From Centroscyllium fabricii (Eukaryota): a stretch of DNA of 64,000 nucleotides. The DNA is taken from assembly GCA_051313645.2 (NCBI GenBank), contig JBNRSN020000025.1:36518001-36582000 (forward strand), written 5' to 3'. A program made the position numbers and the translations under genes. The notes beneath the pieces are model-generated. The model did no database searches. It saw only the letters and a program-made list of their open reading frames with translations, and was not told the DNA's origin. This document shows positions 50,160 to 62,730 of this stretch, piece after piece (position 1 is the stretch's first letter; each line of letters begins with the position of its first letter).

Positions 50160-50580
50160 CATGTATGTGTGTGTCTGCCTGGGTGTCTGTCTGTGTGTCT
50201 GTCTGTCTGCCTGGGTATGTGTTTGTCTGTCTATCCGTGTCTGTCTGGGGGTGTGTGTGTCTGTCTGGGGGTGTGTGTGTCTGTCTGGGGGTGTGTGTGT
50301 CTGTCTGGGGGTGTGTGTGTCTGTCTGGGGGTGTGTGTGTCTGTCTGGGGGGGTGTGTGTCTGTCTGGGGGGGTGTGTGTCTGTCTGGGGGGGGGTGTCT
50401 GTCTGGGGGGGTGTGTGTCTGTCTGGGGGTGTGTGTGTCTGTCTATCTGTGTTTGTCTGGGTGTCTGTCGGTGTGTATCTGTGTCTGTCTTGGTGTCTGG
50501 GTGTTTGTCTATCTGTGTCTGTCTGTATATCCGTGTCTGTCTGGGTGTGTGTCTGTCTGTCTGGGTGTGGTGTCTCTGTC
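50160..50580. repeat. GT-rich micro/minisatellite
   Basis: (GTGTGTGTGTCTGTCTGGGG)n. Confidence 0.95.
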
Positions 50581-50781
50581 GGGTGGGAGCAGGAACCCTC
50601 TTTACTGTGATGTCCCTCCAAAGTTGCATTAATAGCCGAAATCTGGCTCAGGAACTCATTCGACAGCAAGAAGACGGGGAGGAGAGGCAACACATTCTGA
50701 ACACAGAATCGAGCCGGGGGGTGGACAGGTTCCAGTCTGAGCTGTGATTAATCCGCCTTCCTCCTCCTGATATCTTCCCAG

Positions 50782-50937
50782 GTTTAGGTCAACGAGAAGT
50801 TCAAAGCTGTTCCCCAACGACGAGACAGATCTGTGAGTGTGAGCCGGGAAAGTTCTGCAACATTCAGAATCTCAACTATTGTAACCAGTGTCTCGATTAC
50901 ACCAAGTGCGACGTGGGAGCAGGACTGATTACAGAAG
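50782..50937 (+). CDS. LTBR: LTBR-like exon 4 (CRD2/CRD3)
   Basis: TTCCCAG|RLGQREVQSCSPTTRQICECEPGKFCNIQNLNYCNQCLDYTKCDVGAGLITEG|GTGCGA; 156 nt, phase 1 to 1; not in the supplied ORF track. Confidence 0.93.
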
Positions 50938-51559
50938 GTGCGAAACAGAGGGTCTGAATCTCAACTGGAGCCAGTGTTGGGGGTGCAGGCCGAGTAAATC
51001 TGGATAGTCCAGTGCCTTATTCCCAGGAGAGACTAAAACAGGCAAATGATCGGGTAAAGCGGGGCCGCTGGAGGAACGAGTGCCCGGGCGGTGCTGGCCC
51101 GGGCTCGGTCTCAATGTCCAGCAACAGACACCGGTGAACGAAGCCAGCATTTCACCCCCAACCATCCATCCTGGATCCGGTGTGTGGGCGAGGTGCCGTG
51201 TATCTGGATTAAGCCCCGCGATATTCCGGAATGTTTAAGGGCCCAAAGGTTGCGAGGGTGTTCAGCTCAGGCGGAATATTTTGGCTGGGGGGAGGTCAGA
51301 AAAGGAGCCGCGGTTTCACCCCCTGGGCTTTGGGAGGGTGACACTTTAACCCGGCACTGACAGGCGATTCCCCAAAGCCGCTCTGTGCTGTTGCTAAATA
51401 AATATCCTCCACAGCCGGGAACTGAAGGCTGGCGAGGAAAAGAGCCGCGAGTTCCGACACCGGGAGCTGGGAAAGTGTCCGCTCACACTTCACACCGAAA
51501 CACGCCAAGTGTCCCCTCACCACGTGGCCGCCTCCCCCTGAGGCACCCCTTCCCACCCG

Positions 51560-51935
51560 GCCACTGGGGGCGCAGACAGGGCGGAGCGTAGACTGGTGGG
51601 GGGGGAGGTAGACTGGGGACGCAGACTGGGCGGAGTGCAAAATGGGGGCACAGACTGGGCGGAGTGCAGACTGGGGGCGCAGACTGGGCGGAACGCAGAC
51701 TGGGGGCGCAGACTGTTCGGGGAGCAAACTGGGGGCGCAGACTTGGTAGAGAGCAAACTAGGGGGGCGCAGACTGGGCAGAGCATAGACTGGGGGTGCAA
51801 ACTGGGGCGCAGAGCAAACTGGGAGCATAGACTGGGCAGAGCATAGACTGGGGATGCAGACTGGGGGTGCAGTCTGAGCGGGGTGTAGACTGGGTGGAGC
51901 GCAGACTGGGGGTGCAGACTGGGGATGCAGACTGC
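51560..51935. repeat. G-rich tandem repeat (GCAGACTGGG)n
   Basis: Directly visible. Confidence 0.9.
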
Positions 51936-52094
51936 AGTAGCCACAGGCAGGAGTTTCAATGAGCAGGTTTAGTGAAGCTGTTATTCTGTGAACTGTTGGT
52001 TGAGTTTAACGTTGATCGAGTCACTCCCCATCGAGCGGGAAGCGTGGTGGTTGTCCTCTGTCTCCTGCTCACTTTCTTTGTGCTTTCTTGCCAG

Positions 52095-52188
52095 GAACCT
52101 CCAGTGTGGGCAATATCTGCGGCCCCTGCCCGGCGGGCACCTTCTCCAATGTGAAGTCCATTTCCGCCAAGTGCCAACCTCATACCAA
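52095..52188 (+). CDS. LTBR: LTBR-like exon 5 (CRD3/CRD4)
   Basis: TTGCCAG|GTSSVGNICGPCPAGTFSNVKSISAKCQPHT|GTGAGT; 94 nt, phase 1 to 2. Confidence 0.95.
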
Positions 52189-52609
52189 GTGAGTGGCAGC
52201 CCAGGCCCCTCATTGATTAATCACAGCCCCTCCCGCTACAGGCAACACTTCGGGTTGCGGCCCAGTGGGAGCAGAGACATGGATAGCGTTGTTGGGGCAG
52301 ACGGAGAGGGGTCCGTACAGAAATGAGGAGCAGGGGGAGCAGGACAGGCGCAAGGTTCACCTGCGGTCTTTGCTGAGTTGCCAATTTCAGCCCAGGCTGT
52401 AGTCGGAGCTACAATTGGCCTCAGCACCCCTTTCTTAGGGCAGGGAAAATCATCCAGGGTTCCTGCTCCTGATCACCACTCTGGGACCCATGGTGGAAAG
52501 GGTTAATGAATGTTGGGTGAGGACGGGCTCAGGCCTTCATGGTGGAATAGCTTACCATCACTCACTGATTAAACTTACGCTTGAAGAATGGTCACTTGGA
52601 TGAGGAACA

Positions 52610-53330
52610 TAGGAATTGCTGGACGAAAATGACCAAGGTTCATCTAGTTCACCTTCAACCCTCCTGGCAGTCACCTGATATAATGATAATGGAGTTGTTG
52701 ACTCATCATGACAATCAATCTCTATCAATTAGTCTACAACAGAGCCAGACATGAGGCGAGGAAAACCCTCAGCGGTGGAAAGCTTTGGGAACCATAGGCC
52801 CAGAGTCACCTGTTCCTCCCAAACACGCTACACTCACCACAACATGTCTCAAATTACTCATATACTGGAGCACAAAATGTTATTTTCTAAAATAAACCAA
52901 TCTTATTTGCATGTGAGTGAATTGACACTTGCTGCTTCCACCGCCTCCCTAGGGAGCCTGTTCCATAGATTGACCACTCGCTCACTGAAATAATTTTCTG
53001 CAGATTAGTTTTGAATTTACCCCCCTTCAAGCACAAGGCCGTGTCCTCTGGTTCTACTGCTCGGGACAAGGTGAAACAGCTCGTCATGGTCGACATTATC
53101 CAGTCCCTTCAGAATCCTAAAGACAGCAATCAGATCTCCCCTCATCCTCGTTCCCAGTGAGAACATGCCCAATTTACATAATCCTCATAATCCAATCCCT
53201 CTATCCCCTCAATCCTCCTGGTTGCTCTCTTCTGTATTTTTTCAATAGCTGCAATATATTTTCTGTATTGTGGTGACCAGAACTGTACACAGTATTCCAA
53301 GTGCAGTCACACCAATGATTGATAAAGACT
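52610..53330 (-). mobile_element. Divergent CR1 3' fragment
   Basis: LEYCVQFWSP-like DNA; KFKTNL..., WNRLP. Confidence 0.65.
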
Positions 53331-53756
53331 TATTTATATCTCAACCAGTAACACTGAAACAGATTAGCTGGTCATTTAGCTGCACCGATTGGCTGCTATA
53401 TTTGTCAACATTATAACATTTCAAAAGTATCTAACTTGTGAAATTTTTGGAACAGCCTGGGGATATGAAAGGCGCTATATAATTGCAAGTCTTTCCTTCT
53501 TTCTGGAAAAGTGACTTACAAAGTGGAGGGGTGGGACACACAGCTGCCTGATGCTGTACTGTCACTGGTCTTTATGTGGAGGTGTTAGAATGATCTGGGG
53601 ACGATCACTAACCCCTCTCCTCCCCCTCCTCCGCAGCCCTTGCCATGATTCAGTTGGTCATAGGTGTGCGGCCTGCTGAGTTCGGCAATGTCCAGACCAT
53701 CGAGTGACCTGCTCGGCACGGCTCCTGTCCAGGTTCTGATTATTCCGACAGTCACA

Positions 53757-54433
53757 TTCCTGAAGGCAGCAGGACAGGTGGATAAGGTGGTTAAAAAGGC
53801 ATATGGCATACTTGCCTTCATTAGCCGAGGCATAGAATATAAGAGCAGGGAGGTTATGACGGAGCTCTACAAAACGCTGGTAAGGCCACAGCTGGAGTAC
53901 TATGTGCAGTTCTGGTCGCCACACTATAGGAAGGATGTGATTGCTTTGGAGAGGGTGCAGAGGCGATTCACCAGGATGTTACCTGGGCTGGAGCGCTTCA
54001 GCTATGAAGAAAGACTAAACAGGCTGGGGTTGTTTTCCTTGGAGCAGAGAAGGCTGAGGGGGGACCTGATTGAGGTGTACAAAATTATGAGGGGCACAGA
54101 TAGGGTAGATAGAAAGGAACTTTTTCCCTTGGTAGAGAGGTCAATAACCAGGGGGCACAGTTTCAAGGTAAGGGGCAGGAGGTTTAGAGGGGATTTGAGG
54201 AGGAACATTTTCACCCAGAGGGTGGTTGGAGTCTGGAACCCACTGCCTGAAAGGGTGGTCGAGGCAGGAACCCTCACAACATTCAAGAAGCATTTAAATG
54301 AGCACTTGAAATGCCATAGCATACAAGGCTACGGACCAAGTGCTGGAAAATGGGATTATAATAGACAGGGCTTGATGGCCGGCACGGACACGATGGGCCG
54401 AAGGGCCTCTTTCTGTGCTGTATAACTCTATGA
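53757..54433 (+). mobile_element. CR1 3' fragment with intact frame
   Basis: ORF 53664-54425. Confidence 0.92.
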
Positions 54434-54566
54434 CTCACTGACACTGAGCTTTGTTTTGATGTTGTGAGGGGAAGGTTCGCATCCACAGGGATGGGCTTCA
54501 CTGGACCCAGATCCTTTTACCATCCATGACTTTGCTTTTCTCTTTGTTTGTCTGTTCTTTCTCAAG

Positions 54567-54811
54567 CTGTTCGCAGTTAAATAAACGTTTGGTGAAAGAA
54601 GGTACAGCGTCTGAAGATGCTGTGTGTGGCCAAATGGTCAAACCCAGCAGCATGGCAACCAGCACCCTCACCACCTCCACCCTGCGGCCCATCAGCAACG
54701 GAGCGAACCATTCCACGTCTTCACCAGTCAAACTCTCTCCTCGCATGACCACTGGGAGTGTAAATCATCAAACAATATTATCCACTGCAGTCACAACACC
54801 CAAAGGAAACA
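54567..54811 (+). CDS. LTBR: LTBR-like exon 6 (end of CRD4 plus Ser/Thr-rich stalk)
   Basis: CTCAAG|CSQLNKRLVKEGTASEDAVC...TTPKGN|GTAAGT; 245 nt, phase 2 to 1. Confidence 0.93.
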
Positions 54812-54999
54812 GTAAGTCAATTTAGGATCTTTTTTTATTAAGCTAGGTGATTTCACCTTCCCCCCCCCCCCCCCCTCCCTAGCCCAGGGCACTAAGGCCA
54901 ATTCCAATCCCCCGTCTACCTGTTTTTGAGATTAGCTAACAGCAGAGAGAAGAATACAAGAACTTGCAAACCCAGGTGAGAGGGGAAGAGAGGGCCTGG

Positions 55000-57530
55000 G
55001 GAAAGGCCGAACATCTGAGGCTAAATACAACAGTGAAACATTCCTTCAGAACCACAGCAAGAGAGACCAGTCCGTGGAAACAATCGAAGATACAAACGGC
55101 TTCAAACGGAGGATCTGCACAAAATAGTAAATATTCTGAATAAACACACTCCATATTCACAAGGGGAGAGCTGAGAAACATTCTCCCTCAAACAATGCTG
55201 CAGAGCAGCAATAGGAAACATTTAAAATGCTGTTCAACAGAGCCCAGGAAAAATATATTCTGCTAAAAATACAAGAACAAAGTAAACACTAATGAGATAC
55301 CATGATGAATAAAGACGTAAGGGAAAAATTGAGGGTAAGGAAAGAGTCATTTTATTACATATTTAATAATTCATTAGAAAAAGCATAGCCATCTGCCAGT
55401 CCTCTGGCACTATCGTTATACCTATATTTAAGAAGGGAGGTAGAACGTGTCTGAGGAACTATAGACCAGCCTGCTTAACATCAGTATTAGGAAAAATAAT
55501 GGAAGATTCTTGAATAGAAAAATATCTGGAATCCAAAAATATAATATTGAATAGTCAGCATGGATTTCAAAAGGGCAAGTCTTGCTTGACCACCCTCATC
55601 GAATTCTTTGAAGAGGTAACAGAGAGAGTAGACAAGGGTAATGTAGTAGATGTAATTTATCCAGATTTCCAAAAGGCATTCGATAAGGTGCCACATAATA
55701 GATTAATGAATAAGTTCAGAGTATGCGGAGTCATAGAACAAGCAGCAGAATAGATAGCTAGCTGGCTGCAAGATTTACAAGGATGATACCAGAAATGTGA
55801 GGTTGTACCTATCAGGAAAGGATGAACAGTCTGGGTCCTTTTTCTCTTGAAAAGCGAAGGCTGAGGGGTGACCGAAGCGAGGTCTTTAAAATTCTGAAAG
55901 GTTTTGATAGAGTAGATACATGAAGTGTTTCGAGCGGCTGGTCCTGGCTCACATCAAAGCCAGCATCCCCGCCGCCCTGGACCAATACCAGTTCGCCTAC
56001 CGTGGGAACAGATCTACAGAGGATGCTATCACTACGGCTCTTCACTCTGCACTAAACCACCTGGATAGCAAAGATACATATATCAGAATGCTGTTTATTG
56101 ACTACAGCTCAGCATTCAACACCATCGTCCCCAGCAAATTGTCTACCAAACTCCTCACCCTCGGCCTGAACACCTCCCTCTGCAACTGGACCCTGGACTT
56201 CCTAACCAACAGACCACAGTCTGTGAAGTTAGGCAACCTCACCTTCCCCCCCCCCCCTTACCCTGAACACGGGGGCCCCACAAGGTTGTGTGCTCAGCCC
56301 CCTCCTCTACTCCCTCTTCACTCACGACTGTGTGGCTGTCCATGGCTCCAACACGATCATCAAGTTCGCGGATGACACCACGGTGGTTGGCCAGATCACC
56401 AACAACGACGAGTCAGCCTACAGGGATGAGATCCAGCGCCTTGTGGGTTGGTGTGCCGACAACAACCTGACACTGAACACCAAGAAAACCAAGGAGATCA
56501 TAGTGGACTTCCGGAGGACTGGAAGCAGAAGACACACCTCCATCTTCATCCAAGGGGCTGAGGTGGAAAGGGTGTCCAGCTTCAAGTTCCTCGGGGTCCA
56601 CATCTCGGAAGATCTCTCCTGGTCACTAAACACCTCCTCTCTGGTTAAGAAGGCCCAACAGCGCCTGTACTTCCTAAGGAAGCTGAAGAAAGCCAGGCTG
56701 TCATCCGGCATCCTCTCCAACTTCTACCGCTGCACAATAGAAAGCATACTGACAAGCTGCATCACTGTCTGGTATGGTAATTGCACTATCTCGGACCGGA
56801 AAACCCTGCAGCGGGTAGTCAAAACTGCCCAACGAATTACCGGTACACAACTACCGTCAATGGAAAGCATCTACCTCAAACGCTGCTTACGGAGGTCTAT
56901 GAACATTATTAAAGACCCCACACACCCCAGCCACAGTCTGTTCGCCCCCCTGCCCTCCGGGAGACGCTACAGAGCAATTTGCACCCGCACGACTAGATTT
57001 CAGAACAGCTTCTTCCCCAGGGCTGTCAGCCTCCTGAACTCTAAAAAGAAACTCCAGTACCTGCACGCCTGATAATGTACTTTACTGTATGCAATTTGCA
57101 TGTCATTTATTTATTTTATTTGCACTACTCTCGGGAGAGTCGAGTCTTCGTCTCGTTGTATTGTACTAGTACTCTGCAATGACAATAAAACTTGAATTGA
57201 ATTGAGAGAGTGTTTTCACTTGTGGGGAAGAGCATAACTAGAGGCCATCAATATAAGACAGCCACCAAGAAATTCAATCAGGAATTCAGAAGAAACTTCT
57301 TTGCCCCAAGAGTGGTGAGAATGTGGAACTCGCTAACACAGGGAGTGGTTGAGGCGAGTAGTGTAGATGCATTTAAGGGGAGGCTAGATAGATATATGAG
57401 GGAGAAGGGACTGGAGGGTTATGCTGATGGTTAGATGAGGAAGGCTGGGAGGAGGCTCGAATGGAGCATATATGCCAGCATGGACTGGTTGGGCCGAATG
57501 GCCTGTTTCTGTGCTGTATATTCTATGTAA
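55000..57530 (+). mobile_element. Old CR1 LINE with a nested Rex1/Babar element (~55920-57204)
   Basis: Rex RT: [23 protein letters not shown] 56290-57072; host CR1: [21 protein letters not shown]. Confidence 0.9.
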
Positions 57531-57899
57531 TTCAAACTGAGATCTCCCAAGTAAAGTTAATAATCAGATGGAAGTCTCGTACAGGCTACAAGGGTTCAAA
57601 CCAAATAGGATAGATGGTATTTATCCCAGGGTTGCTGAAAGAGAGACAAGGGACGCAATTTGTGAGGCTTTGACAATCATTATGAGTCACTGGACACTGG
57701 GGAGGTGTCAGTAGATTCGAAACCGGCTGTGTGTTAAATGGGACAGTGACCTCTCTGGCTCTCCTGTTGGTCTGCCTGTCTCTCTGTGTCTGACTCTTCG
57801 TGTCTCTCTCTCTCTCTCTCTCTAGCTCAGTCTTTGCCTCGCTCTCTCTCTGTCTCCTTCCCTATCTGTCTTTCTGTCTCGCTTCATTTCTGTCTCATG

Positions 57900-58597
57900 C
57901 CATTTCTGCCTCCATATATCCACGGCATAATTAAGACCACCTATTTCTACCTCTGTAACATCGCCCATCTCCACCTTTGCCTGAGCTCATCCACTGCTGA
58001 AACCCTCATCCATGCCTTTGTTACCTCTAGACTTGACTATTCCAACACCCTCCTGGCTGGCCTCCCACATTCTACCCTACGTAAACTTGAGGTCATCCAA
58101 AACGCGGCTGCCAGTGTCCTAACTCGCACCAAGTCCCGTTCACCCATCACCCTTGTGCTCGCTGACCTACATTGGTTCCTGGTTAGGCAACGCTTCGATT
58201 TCAAAATTCTTATCCTTGTTTTCAAATCCCTCCATGGCCTCGCCCCTCCCTATCTCTGTAATCTCCTTCCGCCCCACAACTCCCCTGAGATATCTGCGCT
58301 CCTCTAATTCTGCCCTCTTGAGCATCCTTGATTATAATCGCTCAACCATTGGTGGCCGTGCCTTCTGTTTTCTCAGTCATAAGCTCTGTAATTTTCCCCC
58401 TAAACCTCTCCACCTCTCTACCTCTTTCCTCCTTTAAGACGCTCTTTAAAACCTACCTCTTTGACCAAGCTTTTGGTCACCTGCCGTAATATCTCCTTAT
58501 ATCGTACGGTGTCAAATTTTGTCTGATTATGCTCCTGTGTAGCGCCTTGGGACGTTTCACGATGTTAAAGGTGCTTTATAAATGGAAGTTGTTGTTG
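57900..58597 (+). mobile_element. L2 LINE 3' end
   Basis: HAFVTSRLDYSN...QNAAA...LHW; (GTT)n tail. Confidence 0.9.
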
Positions 58598-58654
58598 CAT
58601 GTCTCGCTTCCGCAACACGCTCTGATCTGATGTCTCTATTTTGGTGTATTACAG

Positions 58655-58779
58655 GTCAGATGGTTGACCTGTTTTTGCCAATAGGATTGCTCCTTGCCTT
58701 TCTGCTGATCGTCATCGTCTCCAGCTCGCTTTTTAGCCGTAAGGAATATTTCAAAAGTCTGCTCTTATCCAACAAGAAG
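58655..58779 (+). CDS. LTBR: LTBR-like exon 7 (transmembrane and juxtamembrane)
   Basis: TTACAG|SQMVDLFLPIGLLLAFLLIVIVSSSLFSRKEYFKSLLLSNKK|GTGAGA (phase 0); alternative phase-1 donor after 58738. Confidence 0.9.
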
Positions 58780-58799
58780 GTGAGAGCAATCCAGCACTG

Positions 58800-61130
58800 C
58801 TTGTCTCTCTCTCTACCCCTCCTCCTCCTCTCTCTCTCTACCCCTCCTCCTCCTCTCTCTCTCTACCCCTCCTCCTCCTCTCTCTCTCTACCCCTCCTCC
58901 TCCTCTCTCTCTCTACCCCTCCTCCTCCTCTCTCTCTCTACCCCTCCTCCTCCTCTCTCTCTCTACCCCTCCTCCTCCTCTCTCTCTCTACCCCCCTCCT
59001 CCTCTCTCTCTCTACCCCTCCTCCTCCTCTCTCTCTCTACCCCTCCTCCTCCTCTCTCTCTCTACCCCTCCTCCTCCTCTCTCTCTCTACCCCTCCTCCT
59101 CTCTCTCTCTACCCCTCCTCCTCCTCTCTCTCTCTACCCCTCCTCCTCCTCTCTCTCTCTACCCCTCCTCCTCCTCTCTCTCTCTACCCCTCCTCCTCCT
59201 CTCTCTCTCTACCCCTCCTCCTCCTCTCTCTCTCTCTACCCCTCCTCCTCCTCTCTCTCTCTCTACCCCTCCTCCTCCTCTCTCTCTCTCTACCCCTCCT
59301 CCTCCTCTCTCGCTCTCTACCCCTCCTCCTCCTCTCTCGCTCTCTACCCCTCCTCCTCCTCTCTCGCTCTCTACCCCTCCTCCTCCTCTCTCGCTCTCTA
59401 CCCCTCCTCCTCCTCTCTCGCTCTCTACCCCTCCTCCTCTCTACCCCTCCTCCTCTACCCCTCCTCCTCCTCCTCTCTACCCCTCCTCCTCTCTACCCCT
59501 CCTCCTCTCTACCCCTCCTCCTCTCCACCCCTCCTCCTCTCCACCCCTCCTCCTCTCCACCCCTCCTCCTCTCCACCCCTCCTCCTCTCCACCCCTCCTC
59601 CTCTCCACCCCTCCTCCTCTCCACCCCTCCTCCTCTCCACCCCTCCTCCTCTCCACCCCTCCTCCTCTCCACCCCTCCTCCTCTCCACCCTCCTCCTCTC
59701 CACCCCTCCTCCTCTCCACCCCTCCTCCTCTCCACCCCTCCTCCTCTCCACCCCTCCTCCTCTCCACCCCTCCTCCTCTCCACCCCTCCTCCTCTCCACC
59801 CCTCCTCCTCTCCACCCCTCCTCCTCTCCACCCCTCCTCCTCTCCACCCCTCCTCCTCTCCACCCCTCCTCCTCTCCACCCCTCCTCCTCTCCACCCCTC
59901 CTCCTCTCCACCCCTCCTCCTCTCCACCCCTCCTCCTCTCCACCCCTCCTCCTCTCCACCCCTCCTCCTCTCCACCCCTCCTCCTCTCCACCCCTCCTCC
60001 TCTCCACCCCTCCTCCTCTCCACCCCTCCTCCTCTCCACCCCTCCTCCTCTCCACCCCTCCTCCTCTCTCCACCCCTCCTCCTCTCCACCCCTCCTCCTC
60101 TCCACCCCTCCTCCTCTCCACCCCTCCTCCTCTCCACCCCTCCTCCTCTCCACCCCTCCTCCTCTCCACCCCTCCTCCTCTCCACCCCTCCTCCTCTCCA
60201 CCCCTCCTCCTCCCTCGCCCTCCACCCCTCCTCCTCCCTCGCTCTCCACCCCTACTCCTCCCTCGCCCTCCACCCCTACTCCTCCCTCGCTCTCCACCCC
60301 TCCTCCTCTCTCGCTCTCCACCCCTCCTCCTCTCTCGCTCTCCACCCCTCCTCCTCTCTCGCTCTCCACCCCTCCTCCTCCTCTCTCTCTCTACCCCTCC
60401 TCCTCCTCTCTCTCTCTACCCCTCCTCCTCCTCTCTCTCTCTACCCCTCCTCCTCCTCTCTCTCTCTACCCCCTCCTCCTCCTCTCTCTCTACCCCTCCT
60501 CCTCCTCTCTCTCTCTACCCCTCCTCCTCCGTCTCACTTTCTACCCTTCCTCCTCTCTCGCTCTCTACCCCTCCTCCTCTCTCTCTACCCCTTCTCCTCT
60601 CTCTCGACCACTCCTCTTCTCCCTCTCTACCCCTCCTCCTCTCTCTCTACCCCTCCTCCTCTCTCGCTCTCTACCCCTCCTCCTCTCTCTCGACCACTCC
60701 TCTTCTCCCTCTCTACCCCTCCTCCTCTCTCTCTACCCCTCCTCCTCTCTCGCTCTCTGCCCCTCCTCCTCTCTCGCTCTCTGCCCCTCCTCCTCTCTCG
60801 CTCTCTGCCCCTCCTCCTCTCTCGCTCTCTGCCCCTCCTCCTCTCTCGCTCGCTGCCCCTCCTCCGCTCTCGCTCGCTGCCCCTCCTCCGCTCTCGCTCT
60901 CTGCCCCTCCTCCGCTCTCTCGCTCTCTGCCCCTCCTCCGCTCTCTCGCTCTCTCGCTCTACCCCTCCTCCGCTCTCTCGCTCTACCCCTCCTCCTCTCT
61001 CTCTGTCTCTCTCGCTCTGCCTGCCTCTCTCCCTCCCTTGCGCTCACTCTGTCGCTCTCTCTCTCTCTCTCTCGCTCTGTTTCCCTGTACTCACTCACTC
61101 TGCCTGTCTCTCTGCTCTGTCTCTCTCTGG
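58800..61130. repeat. 2.3-kb polypyrimidine (CT-rich) low-complexity tract
   Basis: (CCCCTCCTCCTCTCCA)n and variants. Confidence 0.98.
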
Positions 61131-61570
61131 AATTCCCTCTCTAAACCTCTCTGACTCTTTTACCCCTCTGTCGTTTAAGATGCTCTTTAAAATCTATCTT
61201 TGTTCAAGCTTTTGGTCCAAATATCTCCTTGTTTCGAGGAATGTCCCTCAACCCCACCTTCCCACCTTCTCGCTGTATCCCTCAATTCCCAATTTCCTTT
61301 TTCAGCCCTCGCTTTTTCATTTTTGTCTTGTGTCCCTGGGATTTGACCCATTTCTCATTGGGAATGATTTCCTTGGAACCATTTTCTCAATTTCCTTCAG
61401 AACTTGAATTATATTCATCTCAAAGTCTCCTCTTGTCCAGAGAATCCTGAGATCAATTTGCCAGATTGAATCCAGATGATTGCTGCTGGGAACAGATCCC
61501 CCGGATTGGGGCGATCTCTCTCACCACCCCCTCACTGATGGGAGACGTGGTCTGTCTGTCTGTCTTTCAG

Positions 61571-61794
61571 GTTCCATCTACATTGCGAGACCTCACACTG
61601 TGTACGTGGGAGTGGAGGCCGGCGATTCTGTCAGTCCCGATCAGGAGGATCCCATCGTTAAACTTCAAGAGTCCTGCGTCCACTTTCCGCAGCAGGAATC
61701 GGTGAAGTCGCAGAATGCGGGTGAGAGCCACGTATTCCCGGTGGAGGAGGAGGGGAAGATTTTCCGCGACCCTGTACCTGCGGCCGACTACTGA
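61571..61794 (+). CDS. LTBR: LTBR-like last exon (TRAF-binding tail)
   Basis: TCTTTCAG|(G)SIYIARPHTVYVG...FPQQES...FPVEEEGKIFRDPVPAADY*; resembles the LTBR GNIYIY / PxxEEG / QEDGK motifs; no death domain. Confidence 0.82.
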
Positions 61795-62099
61795 TGGCGG
61801 AGTGTGCTGAACGGCAAAGCAAACGGTTAATGGAAACTGATGTTAGACACGGACTCCGGGTGGGAACACTGATCTTGTTACTGGACTGACCAGTAGGAGA
61901 GTGCAACTTTTCTATTTGTTCACAGGATGAGACACTGTAAATTTAAACACACCGACACAAACATAGTGAAGAATCTCTGGTGTGTGTCTGAGTAACGGAC
62001 TCCATACAGGTGACCTGCTCATGGGTTTGACCCCTCGGCACTGGCAGTGACCCCTCGGCACTGGCAGTGGCCCCTCGACACTGGCAGTGAGACTCGGGT

Positions 62100-62460
62100 T
62101 TTAAAAACATTTTTAAATTCCTTGATGGGATGTGGGTGTCACTGGCTGGCTAGGCCTGCATTTAGTGCCCCTCCCTAATTGCCCTCGAGAAGATGGTGGT
62201 GAACCGCCTTGAACCGCTGCAGTCTTATTGTTTCGCGTTGCGGTTGTTTACAACTGAGTGGCTTGCTAGGCCATTTCAGAGGGCATTAAGAGTCAACCAC
62301 ATTGCTGTGGGTCTGGAGTCACATGTAGGCCAGACCAGGTAAGGACGGCAGATTTCCTTCCCTAAAGGACATTAGTGAACCAGATGCGTTTTTACAACAA
62401 TCGACAATGTTATCATGGTCGCCATTACTAAGACTAACTTTTTTTTAAAATTCCATTATT
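62100..62460 (-). mobile_element. Short 'family B' LINE derivative (5' and 3' ends joined)
   Basis: Matches both 29320-29430 and 33620-33830 in reverse. Confidence 0.7.
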
Positions 62461-62730
62461 ACTTGTTTCGCTGGAATCTGATTTTTAAAAGAATACGTGT
62501 TAAAGTTCTCTGTTCTGTGCTGGACTGACTGGGAGCGGAGTCTGACTGGCTGAGGGGCTGGATTTCAGCGTGTGAAGCTGTGAAGAATCGCAGGCCTGTT
62601 GTGCCGGAGTGCAGACTCTCCGAGCTCACTAACTGCTGTGTGCGGGGAGACAGCTCGCTGGGCAAAGCAGCACAGAGTCTACATGGAAGAGTATGTGACT
62701 GGCTATGAGCAGCCAGTGAGTGAATCGAGC

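Noticed and set aside
50007-50747. Cys/Val-rich or Thr/His-rich ORFs
   Set aside because: Translations of a GT microsatellite.
58582-61407. 941-aa ORF and antisense Glu/Arg/Gly ORFs
   Set aside because: Open only because the CT tract cannot form stop codons; only 58655-58779 is a real exon.
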